NCBI GenBank assembly: GCA_964478745.1
Contig: CAYZKI010000001.1
Coordinates: 1 to 33,652, forward strand
Reading direction: 5' to 3'
Length of the DNA stretch: 33,652 nt
Source of the DNA: an uncultured Bacteriovoracaceae bacterium
Lineage (GTDB): Bacteria; Bdellovibrionota; UBA1018
Below the pieces are notes generated by a model that searched no databases, was not told where the DNA came from, and worked only from the letters and a program-made list of their open reading frames with translations. The position numbers and the translations under genes were made by a program. Of the stretch, positions 26,707 to 33,652 are shown piece after piece (the stretch's first letter is position 1; each line of letters starts with the position of its first letter).

Positions 26707-27674
26707 GGCCGACACTGAACTTTGATGTACTGCTCGTCGCCGGCGTAGTCGACGTGGACGTGATCGTGGTGATTGACGGTCATTTCGCTCGGCGCGCGGA
26801 CCTTCTGGAAGCTGACGGGGTGGCCGAATTTGTCGGCCTGGGCGGGCTTGAACTCGGGAACGATGACGTCCTTTCCCGCGACATTTCTCTCGTACATCGT
26901 GGTCGTATAGGAAAGGGCGTTTTCCTTCGAGAGACACGATAGGAGCGGTGACCAGAAATCGATGTATTCGAGGCGTTGCGCCACGTTCCCGGCGCGGTAG
27001 CCCTCATAGAACTCCGCGACCAGTCCGTACAGATCGTGACTCGGGATCGTCGAGGAGGAAGGTTCGGCCGCAGCCAAGACGTACTTTTCGACCGCGGCGC
27101 GATTCGCTTCGACCGCCTTCTGGAAGTTGAACCTCTTCGTCCCGACCTGGATTTCGTGAATGTCGATCGCGGAATTGGTCTCATGACCGGTTAGCGCCAT
27201 TTCGATGAATCCATCCGGACAGTCCTCGGACCCTTTCCTGGGGATCGCCACGTCGCGCGAGATGCCCCAGTGGACGACTCGGATCGGAAGGCCGGGATCG
27301 CCGGCCTCCGGAACATGGCGTCTCATGCAGGTGTACAGGGCGGGGAGCAATGTCTTGTGAAACTGCGGTGTGATCGCCGGCGGGTAACATCCGCCTTTCG
27401 CCCGCGGATAGGCTACCCGCACGCTGCCCTCCGTGCAGACCAGCAGATCGACCTCGTGGCTGCCATTCAGGATCCTGCTCTTCCCGCTGACGCGCGGGTG
27501 GGTGTAGGTGTCGGCGGCGGATACCGAGGCCGCGAGTCTCTCGATGCCTGCAAGCGGGGTCGTATCGTCGTTCGGGCACGACTCGGCCGCGGGCGAGCGG
27601 TTTCCGGCTCCGGCAGGGGTATGTCCGGAGGTCATCAGCAGGAGCACGGCGAGGGCGCGGGCCAGCGTCTTCAT
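26703..27674 (-). CDS. Secreted LAS-family (M15/VanY/hedgehog-type) zinc peptidase-like protein
   Basis: 323 aa with signal MKTLARALAVLLLMTSG and AAGGAAGG upstream of the ATG. It has an H-x6-D motif (GHETNSAIDI) and a C-terminal H-x-H (HDHVHVD). Confidence 0.55.
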   Translation of the reverse strand: MKTLARALAVLLLMTSGHTPAGAGNRSPAAESCPNDDTTPLAGIERLAASVSAADTYTHPRVSGKSRILNGSHEVDLLVCTEGSVRVAYPRAKGGCYPPAITPQFHKTLLPALYTCMRRHVPEAGDPGLPIRVVHWGISRDVAIPRKGSEDCPDGFIEMALTGHETNSAIDIHEIQVGTKRFNFQKAVEANRAAVEKYVLAAAEPSSSTIPSHDLYGLVAEFYEGYRAGNVAQRLEYIDFWSPLLSCLSKENALSYTTTMYERNVAGKDVIVPEFKPAQADKFGHPVSFQKVRAPSEMTVNHHDHVHVDYAGDEQYIKVQCRP

Positions 27675-27787
27675 CCTTCCTTGAAGAGCAAAGCCGGTGC
27701 CCGGCGCGCTCCGCTCTCAGCTGGACTGAGGCGGATTCCAAGCGTTCCTGGCTGTCGAAAGCTTAGACACCTATCGAAAACGAGAAT

Positions 27788-27815
27788 GGCCCGCCCCGGT
27801 TTCCCGGAGCGGGCC
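27788..27815. terminator. GC-rich hairpin (GGCCCGC..CCGG-TTTC-CCGG..GCGGGCC), likely terminator of the 27838-28593 gene; T-run on the + side
   Basis: The stem is 7 bp, one mismatch, then 4 bp, with a 4-nt loop. It lies 23 nt past the minus-strand stop. The minus strand continues ATTCTCGTTTTCG; the plus strand continues TTTTCC. Confidence 0.5.
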
Positions 27816-27837
27816 TTTTCCTTCAATTTCTGCCGGA

Positions 27838-28593
27838 TTACCGATGAATGCGTTCGGCGAACTCCTCGCTCGTGCCGATCGAAGCCGCCGCTTCGCCCAC
27901 CTGGCCGCGTGCGATCATCGGAAGGTAAGCGCGGCGACCCACGGGGTCGACGCCGCGGTCGAGCAGATGGCGGTAGAGGTTCTCGAGGATCTCCTCATCG
28001 CTCTTGTTCGGGCGGACGTTCGAGAAGAACTCGGCGCTGCGGGCGATGTTCCGGAGAGCGCTCTCCCAGCCCTTCTCGCCTTCCTTCAGGATCGAGCGGA
28101 TGTAGCCGTCGGCGCCCGGGTCGGTCGCGCGGAACAGGATCGCCTGGTAAGCGCGCTCGACGGCGTCCGCGGCCGAGCGATGGTCGAAGCGAAGCTGCTT
28201 GCGGACCACGTGTACGCGAAGCTCGATCGGGATCGAGCTGAAGCGCGTCTCGATCTGGACGACGGCCGGACGGAAATCACGGGTCGTCTCGAGCGCATGG
28301 ATCTCGAGCTCCGAATCGCGGTCGCGGCCGCGGCCCGAGGAAACGACGTCCACTTCCTTGCGGCCCGCGATCAGGAAGCCACGGATGGGAACGATGCGGC
28401 CGGAGGCGCCGAACTGGTCGAGCTCCTGGCCACGCAGGTAGAGGACGTCGCCCTTTTCGAGCGTGATCGTCGCGTCGGTGGAAACGCGCACGCGACGGCC
28501 GTAGTCGGAAGAGCCCACGAGCTGGAAGTCAGCTGCCTGGGCGGTCGAGGCCAGAGCCAGAGTCATCATCAGAACCGGGGTAAAAGCTTTCAT
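27838..28593 (-). CDS. Secreted protein with two C-terminal DUF4214-like repeats
   Basis: Start trimmed to ATG 28593, preceded by AAGGAGA. The signal is MKAFTPVLMMTLALASTAQA. The repeats VERAYQAILFRATDPGADGYIRS...SAEF and LENLYRHLLDRGVDPVGRRAYLP...SEEF fit the lY..lL.R..D..G..yw...S.EF pattern. Confidence 0.6.
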   Translation of the reverse strand: MKAFTPVLMMTLALASTAQAADFQLVGSSDYGRRVRVSTDATITLEKGDVLYLRGQELDQFGASGRIVPIRGFLIAGRKEVDVVSSGRGRDRDSELEIHALETTRDFRPAVVQIETRFSSIPIELRVHVVRKQLRFDHRSAADAVERAYQAILFRATDPGADGYIRSILKEGEKGWESALRNIARSAEFFSNVRPNKSDEEILENLYRHLLDRGVDPVGRRAYLPMIARGQVGEAAASIGTSEEFAERIHR

Positions 28594-28818
28594 GGTGTCT
28601 CCTTTGTGGGCGATCAGGGGGTTTGCCCAAAACACGGGAGGCCCTAGAGCAATCCCGGGGCCCGCCTCTGGCATCGTGAAATGCCGTATATTCGAGCTGA
28701 CGAGGCAGACGGACACCATGGGCGCGAAACGGGACTAGTGTCTGACACCAGAAGTCGGCTTCTGGGGCCCTTTCCTGGGCGGATTGAGCAAAGGTCGAGA
28801 AAAGTCGATGAGTTGTAG

Positions 28819-30354
28819 ATGCATCCGGCTTCGCGGATCGGACAGACGCTCTTGCTCCTCTGCGTTCTGCTGGCTCCGGCGCGCATCCTCGCGACGGGTG
28901 ACCCCTGCCGCGAAGGCGGCAGCCTTTTCGACGACCTGATCAACGAGACGCTCCACAAATATGGGGCTTCCAAAGTGGCGGCCCCTCAGGCTCTCTACAC
29001 CCGGCCCCCCATCGAGCAGGAGGTCGCGGAGCTTCGCGACAAGCTGAAGGCGCTCGAAGCCGATCCGAAGTCCACGCCCCTGCAGAAGGCCTACGCCAGG
29101 CGGGACATCCGGGCGCTCGAGGAGGAGATCGCGGCGAAGGAAGCCCGCGCGAAAGCCGCGGCGCCCGCCCAGGCCCCGGCCCCGCAACGAACTTTGAGCC
29201 AGAGCGAGTTCGACGCGATTCTCTCCAGGCCCGTCCGGGCGCTCGACGGCGAGCCCGTCGTGATCACCCGCGGGCCCAGCCGCCCGATCCCCAACGATCA
29301 GGAAGACGAGGTCATGCAGGAGCTCCTCGGCCTGAGGAAGCAGGCCTCCTCGAGGCTCGGAGAGCCCGCGTTCCTCGAGCGCGGGGATGGGGGCTATCAC
29401 CAGGGGTTCCTCGTCACCGAGCCCAACGGGAGAAAGTCGTTCCACGCCATCGAATACTCGGAGGACGGCCGCGTTTCGATCGTCGAGCTGGGCTACGGCC
29501 GCGGCAACGTGATCACGGGCGCGAGCGCGGCGGGCAAGGCGGCGCGCGACCGGTACATCCTGGACAACGCCGACAAGGTGCTGGCCGCGGTTCGCCGGCT
29601 GGATGACAGCCCGGAGAACCGGAAGTTCGCGGCCGTGATCATGAAGGACCTCGAGCGGGTCATGGATGGTTACGTGGAAAGGATCGCCCACGAGGCGGTG
29701 AACAACCCGTACAAGAACGAGCTGAAGGCCCTTCAGCGGCAGTACGACGATTACACCCGCAAGCCGGGCAACACGTTCCTCGATCCGCCCGCTCAGAAGA
29801 TGATGGACGAGATCGTCCGCATGAGGTTCGCGACCGAGCGGTACGGCGACGCGGACAAGCTGCTTCTGCAGAGCTTCATCGACGACATCAGGCCCGGGCA
29901 GGTGCGCCTCACTCCGGGACAGGAGCAGCAGCGCAAGGAGATCGAGGCGCTTCTCGCCCGCCACAAGGTCATGACCACGCGCGAGGAGACGGAGCTCATC
30001 GACCGTTTCCGGAAGGCGGCCGGCGCGCCGGATGCGAACAAGACTAAGCGCATGAACGAGATCGAGTACAGGCTCCGGGGCGACGGTTTCTCGAGAGTCC
30101 GCACGCCTGCGCTCGCGGACGCGCGCAAGGCTTTCCAGGGGCATCTCTCGTCGGACATCCAGAGCCTGGAGGAAATCGCGAAGACGGCTCCCGCCGATCT
30201 CACCGGCGCGCACCGGCAGACCGTCCGGGCGTTCGTGTTGCGATGGACGAAGGATCCCGCCGTTTACCAGGAGGCGATCAAGGACCCGACGCGCAAGTTC
30301 TACCTCGAGCGCTTCAAGCTCATCGAGGAGTACTGGGACCTGCGCCTGCGGTAG
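28819..30354 (+). CDS. Secreted 511-aa orphan protein, predicted largely helical
   Basis: N-terminal hydrophobic signal MHPASRIGQTLLLLCVLLAPARILA and coding-like codon bias. I recognise no motif. The long antisense ORF 28735-30372 has an Arg/Glu/Leu-rich artefact composition. Confidence 0.6.
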   Translation: MHPASRIGQTLLLLCVLLAPARILATGDPCREGGSLFDDLINETLHKYGASKVAAPQALYTRPPIEQEVAELRDKLKALEADPKSTPLQKAYARRDIRALEEEIAAKEARAKAAAPAQAPAPQRTLSQSEFDAILSRPVRALDGEPVVITRGPSRPIPNDQEDEVMQELLGLRKQASSRLGEPAFLERGDGGYHQGFLVTEPNGRKSFHAIEYSEDGRVSIVELGYGRGNVITGASAAGKAARDRYILDNADKVLAAVRRLDDSPENRKFAAVIMKDLERVMDGYVERIAHEAVNNPYKNELKALQRQYDDYTRKPGNTFLDPPAQKMMDEIVRMRFATERYGDADKLLLQSFIDDIRPGQVRLTPGQEQQRKEIEALLARHKVMTTREETELIDRFRKAAGAPDANKTKRMNEIEYRLRGDGFSRVRTPALADARKAFQGHLSSDIQSLEEIAKTAPADLTGAHRQTVRAFVLRWTKDPAVYQEAIKDPTRKFYLERFKLIEEYWDLRLR

Positions 30355-31195
30355 CGATCCCGCGTTCTTCACGGAACCGATGCTTCAGGAACACGAAGTC
30401 GCGGTCGGCCTGAGCGACGGGGTAGGCCTCGTAACCCGAGCTCGCGCGGGCGCGCTTCAGCGGAAGCGCCTCGTGCTTCCAGAAGCGCACGAGCGTGTTC
30501 AGGAGTTTCTGGATCTTCTTCGGCGAGCGCCTTGCGCCCGCGTTCTCGGTGAGAGCCAGGATCAGCTCCGAGAGCGCGTCCTTGCTTTCGCCGCGGAAGA
30601 AGCGATCCCAATCGGAGCGCCAGCTTTCGGGAAGCTGCCGGAACACGTAGTGATGACTGTAGCGGACTTTCGAGCGATGCCTGTTCACGGGGCTCGAATG
30701 CCCGACGAATCGCAGCAGCTCCATGAGCGAATGAAACGCCTCGCGCGTGATGTGGCGGGAGCGGAAAGCCCCGTGAAAGCGCACGCCCGGAACGTGCTTT
30801 CCCATCGCCTCGGGCTGGGTGGTGTAGCAGAAGTGGAAGTTCCCGCAGTCGAAGCTCAGCCCGATCATCGGATAGAGGAAGTGAAACGCGCCGGCGATGT
30901 TCCACCTCGGCCGGAGCGATTGGATGAGCCGGGCTTCCTCGAGGCAGGCTTCGAGATGAGTCGGAAACTCGGACCAGTCGACTCGTGCCGCGCTTGCCAC
31001 GATTTCGCGCATCTTCTTGTGGCGCTTGAGCCGCTTGGCGTTGCGGTACTGGGAAAGCCTGCGGCGCAGGTTCTTCGCTTTCCCGACGTACACGACCGCG
31101 CCAGCCTCATCCAAGAAGCGGTAGACGCCCGGTGTCTGGGGCGCCGACTCCAGAAAGGCCTTTCCGAAGCGGCGGTCGAAAACGCGATTGGCCAC
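30320..31195 (-). CDS. GIY-YIG nuclease homologous to the UvrC N-terminal half (Cho-like)
   Basis: 291 aa with a GTG start. PQTPGVYRFLDEAGAVVYVGKAKNLRRRLSQY...EEARLIQSLRPRWN is the UvrC-type GIY-YIG motif. There is no C-terminal RNase H-like or HhH region. Confidence 0.75.
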   Translation of the reverse strand: MANRVFDRRFGKAFLESAPQTPGVYRFLDEAGAVVYVGKAKNLRRRLSQYRNAKRLKRHKKMREIVASAARVDWSEFPTHLEACLEEARLIQSLRPRWNIAGAFHFLYPMIGLSFDCGNFHFCYTTQPEAMGKHVPGVRFHGAFRSRHITREAFHSLMELLRFVGHSSPVNRHRSKVRYSHHYVFRQLPESWRSDWDRFFRGESKDALSELILALTENAGARRSPKKIQKLLNTLVRFWKHEALPLKRARASSGYEAYPVAQADRDFVFLKHRFREERGIATAGAGPSTPR

Positions 31196-31204
31196 GCCTT
31201 AGTG

Positions 31205-31213
31205 TAACTGTTA
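31205..31213. promoter_or_regulatory. Short palindrome TAAC-T-GTTA in the 28-bp gap between the divergent GIY-YIG and recX starts
   Basis: It is the only dyad in the gap. Its position would suit a shared operator, but it is too short to assign. Confidence 0.2.
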
Positions 31214-31223
31214 GAGGAGGGGT

Positions 31224-31760
31224 GTGGAAGGACAGCGCCGTTACCGAAAGCGAGAGGAATCCCGGGGGCCGTCCCGGGGATCTTCCGGAGACAGGGGCCC
31301 GGAGGCCCCTCACGCCAAGCCACCGGTCAACCCCAAGGAGCTCGCGCTTCTGCGCCTCAACGTCCGCGAATATGCCGCGCGCGAGATGTTCGACTACCTC
31401 AAGCGAAAGCGGGTCGCGGAAGAGGATGCGGCGCGAGTCGTCGCCGAGCTGGTCAGCGCCGGCCTGATCGATGATACCCGGTATGCCCGCGTCATAGCCC
31501 GTGCCCAAGCCTCTCGAGGCAAGGGGCCCCGGTACGTTCAGATGAAGCTGAGGGCCAAGGGCGTGAAGGCGGACGTACGCGAGCTTCAAAGAGTGATCGA
31601 GGAAACCTCCGGCCAGGACGAGATTACCCGGGCGCGCGAGATCGTCGAGCGGCGCTACCCCAACCACGCCGCCGACCGCAGGGAACGGAAGCGGGCCTGG
31701 GACGGGCTGCTCCGACGGGGTTTTTCCATGGATACGGTCAGAAAAGTCCTGAATGTCTAA
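31224..31760 (+). CDS. recX: RecX family regulatory protein
   Basis: Helical repeats EMFDYLKRKRVAEEDAARVVAELVSAGLIDDTRYARVIARAQASRGKGPRYVQMKLRAKGV...WDGLLRRGFSMDTV match the three-repeat RecX pattern. The GTG start at 31224 is tentative and the N-terminal 35 aa are low complexity. Confidence 0.75.
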   Translation: MEGQRRYRKREESRGPSRGSSGDRGPEAPHAKPPVNPKELALLRLNVREYAAREMFDYLKRKRVAEEDAARVVAELVSAGLIDDTRYARVIARAQASRGKGPRYVQMKLRAKGVKADVRELQRVIEETSGQDEITRAREIVERRYPNHAADRRERKRAWDGLLRRGFSMDTVRKVLNV

Positions 31761-31804
31761 GCCTGTTTGACCCTCAGAAGGCGAAATGCTAACCCTGAAC
31801 GTCT

Positions 31805-32284
31805 ATGGCGGAAGAGAAATTTCCCATGACGGTCGAGGGCAAGCGCGCCCTCGATGAAGAGCTGAAGCACCTCATGACCGTGGAACGCCCGGCCATCGTG
31901 AAGGCGATCGAGGTCGCGCGCGGTCACGGCGATCTCTCCGAGAACGCCGACTATTCCGCCGCCAAGGAGCGCCAGAGCTTCATCGAAGGCCGCATCCAGG
32001 AAATCAACGGCAAGCTCGCCCGCGCCCAGGTCATCGATCCGACCACCATCAAGTCCGACAAGGTGGTCTTCGGCGCCACCGTCGTTCTCGAGGACCAGGA
32101 ATCCGGCAAGAAGATGACCTACAAGATCGTCGGCGTCGACGAGGCGGACATCAAGGCCGGCAAGATCAGCGTCACTTCCCCCACGGCGCGCGCGATGATC
32201 GGGAAATCCGAAGGCGATGAGGTAGTCGTCCATGCTCCCAAAGGCGAGCTCCGGTACGACATCGTCCAGATCCAGTACCGCTGA
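31805..32284 (+). CDS. greA: Transcription elongation factor GreA
   Basis: 159 aa with [23 protein letters not shown] in the coiled-coil tip and a C-terminal [22 protein letters not shown] domain. Confidence 0.95.
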   Translation: MAEEKFPMTVEGKRALDEELKHLMTVERPAIVKAIEVARGHGDLSENADYSAAKERQSFIEGRIQEINGKLARAQVIDPTTIKSDKVVFGATVVLEDQESGKKMTYKIVGVDEADIKAGKISVTSPTARAMIGKSEGDEVVVHAPKGELRYDIVQIQYR

Positions 32285-33652
32285 ATCGACCCCGATTCAG
32301 TTCGTGAAAGGCGTGGGCCCGAGGCTCGGCGTCGTATTCGAGAGCCGCGGCATCAAGACCGTCCGCGACCTGCTCTTCTTCTTCCCTCGCGCCTACGAGG
32401 ACCGGAACAAGCTCAGCACGGTCGCCGACCTCCAGACGGACCAGAACGCGACGATCCCGCTGAAGATCATCTCGGTGAAGCGCGTTCCTCTTCGCACCGG
32501 GCGCTCCATGCTCGACGTGCGGGCGGGTGACGAGACGGGCACGATCTCGCTCAAGTGGTTCCACGTCCCTCGCGGGATGGATCAGCGGTTCCAGCCCGGG
32601 AAACAGATCATCGCCACCGGCACGGTGAAGCGCTACATGGGCCGCGTCGAAATGGCGCACCCGGAGATCACGTGGAGCACGAGCTCGCTCGTGCCCGACT
32701 CCCCAAAGAGCACGAGCTTGCTCGTGAGTAACGGGCCTTCCACGTCCGCGGCGCCGACGCCTGCCGAGGCGGCCGGGGACGCCCATGTCGGACGCACGGT
32801 CCCCATCTATGTCGAGATCGAGGGTGTCTCGAGCCGCATCCTGAGGAATGTCCTTTTCGAGGCGACCAACAAGTACGCCGCGGAGCTTTCCGAGGATCTT
32901 CCCCAGCGCATCCTCCAGAAGTACGCGCTCCCCCGGCTCGGCACCGCGCTCAAGCAGATCCACTTCCCGGCCGAGGCCGCCGAGGTGGAGAAGCTCGCCG
33001 AGTTCGACACGCCGGCGCACTGGCGGCTCATCTACGAGGAGTTCTTCAAGTTCGAGTACCTCGTGCTCCGGCAGAGGCTGCGCATGGAGCGCGCGCTCGC
33101 GGTCTCATGTGGCGCCGAGGGCGGCCAGGAGGCCGCGCGTGCTCTCGAGAAGGTCCTTCCCTTCACGCTGACCGGCGGGCAGCAGGACGCGGTCGGCGAG
33201 ATCCTGCGCGATCTGCTCCAGCCGCACCCGATGAACCGTCTCATCCAGGGCGACGTCGGCTCGGGAAAGACCGCCGTCGCATTTCTGACCGCGGGCTGCG
33301 TGCTCGCTGAAGGAGGGCAGGCCGCGCTGATGGCGCCTACCGAGATCCTCGCCGAGCAGCACTACAGGAACGCCGTGAAGATCTTCGGCGGAAGGCTGAA
33401 CGTGGCGTTGCTGACCGGCAAGACCCCGGTTTCCGAGAGAGCCCCGATGCTCGCGCGCCTCGCCGCGGGAGAGCCCATCCTGCTGATCGGCACCCATGCG
33501 CTCATCGAGGATCCGGTCGTGTTCAAGAACCTTCTGTACGTCATGATCGACGAGCAGCACCGCTTCGGCGTCGAGCAGCGGCGCACGCTCAGGAAGAAGG
33601 GCACGCGCAAGGACGAGAAGACCGGGCGGATCGTGCTTCCGCACACGCTCAT
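32232..33652 (+). CDS. recG: ATP-dependent DNA helicase RecG (3'-truncated by window edge; start uncertain)
   Basis: The open frame reads ...[38 protein letters not shown] (wedge domain), Walker A GDVGSGKT and DEQHRFGV. The only in-frame ATG is at 32232, which gives a 53-nt overlap with greA. Confidence 0.88.
   Translation, partial: MLPKASSGTTSSRSSTAESTPIQFVKGVGPRLGVVFESRGIKTVRDLLFFFPRAYEDRNKLSTVADLQTDQNATIPLKIISVKRVPLRTGRSMLDVRAGDETGTISLKWFHVPRGMDQRFQPGKQIIATGTVKRYMGRVEMAHPEITWSTSSLVPDSPKSTSLLVSNGPSTSAAPTPAEAAGDAHVGRTVPIYVEIEGVSSRILRNVLFEATNKYAAELSEDLPQRILQKYALPRLGTALKQIHFPAEAAEVEKLAEFDTPAHWRLIYEEFFKFEYLVLRQRLRMERALAVSCGAEGGQEAARALEKVLPFTLTGGQQDAVGEILRDLLQPHPMNRLIQGDVGSGKTAVAFLTAGCVLAEGGQAALMAPTEILAEQHYRNAVKIFGGRLNVALLTGKTPVSERAPMLARLAAGEPILLIGTHALIEDPVVFKNLLYVMIDEQHRFGVEQRRTLRKKGTRKDEKTGRIVLPHTL

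Noticed and set aside
28669-28685. Sigma-54-like element CTGGCAT-cgtgaa-ATGCC upstream of the 511-aa orphan gene.
   Set aside because: The GG-to-GC spacing is one nucleotide longer than the strictly conserved -24/-12 spacing, the -12 region is ATGC rather than TTGC, and no enhancer-binding protein gene is nearby.

Overview
GC-rich bacterial chromosomal window, with strong G/C bias at third codon positions. It carries about 35 protein genes and one tRNA. I saw no transposase, integrase, CRISPR array or rRNA. Many long antisense ORFs are GC artefacts. Layout: (i) 1-6467, the distal complex I operon nuoH(partial)-I-J-K-L-M-N, followed 36 nt later by a 1052-aa GYF-like/TM/TPR protein. (ii) serS, then an orphan pilin-like gene pair, a DASS/SLC13 transporter and a HAD hydrolase. 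(iii) 14.5-19.8 kb, an accessory-looking segment that is the most interesting part of the window. It holds two diverged paralogous small secreted proteins in inverted orientation around tRNA-Ser(UGA), and a compact secreted HExxH protein. It also holds a translationally coupled five-gene minus-strand operon: PaaI thioesterase, PLDc_N-like membrane protein, AlkB-like dioxygenase, an anchored unknown, and a basic TfoX_N-like protein. The segment ends in a 366-nt lower-GC non-coding region with a long hairpin plus U-tract and a degenerate copy of the tRNA-Ser 3' end. (iv) An HPF-like gene diverges from an SRPBCC/Cys4/class III cyclase. The 3' end of the cyclase gene overlaps a four-gene gamma-glutamylation operon: GS-like ligase, Fe-alcohol dehydrogenase, C26 hydrolase and aldehyde dehydrogenase. 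That content suggests amino-alcohol rather than polyamine catabolism. (v) Three secreted proteins: a LAS-type Zn peptidase-like protein, a DUF4214-like protein and a 511-aa orphan. (vi) A DNA-transaction cluster: a Cho/UvrC-N-like GIY-YIG nuclease diverging from recX-greA-recG (recG truncated by the window edge). My best candidates for something undescribed are the 15.1-19.6 kb tRNA-linked segment with its coupled operon, the paralog pair, and the structured non-coding region. All functional calls come from motif recognition by eye; no searches were run.
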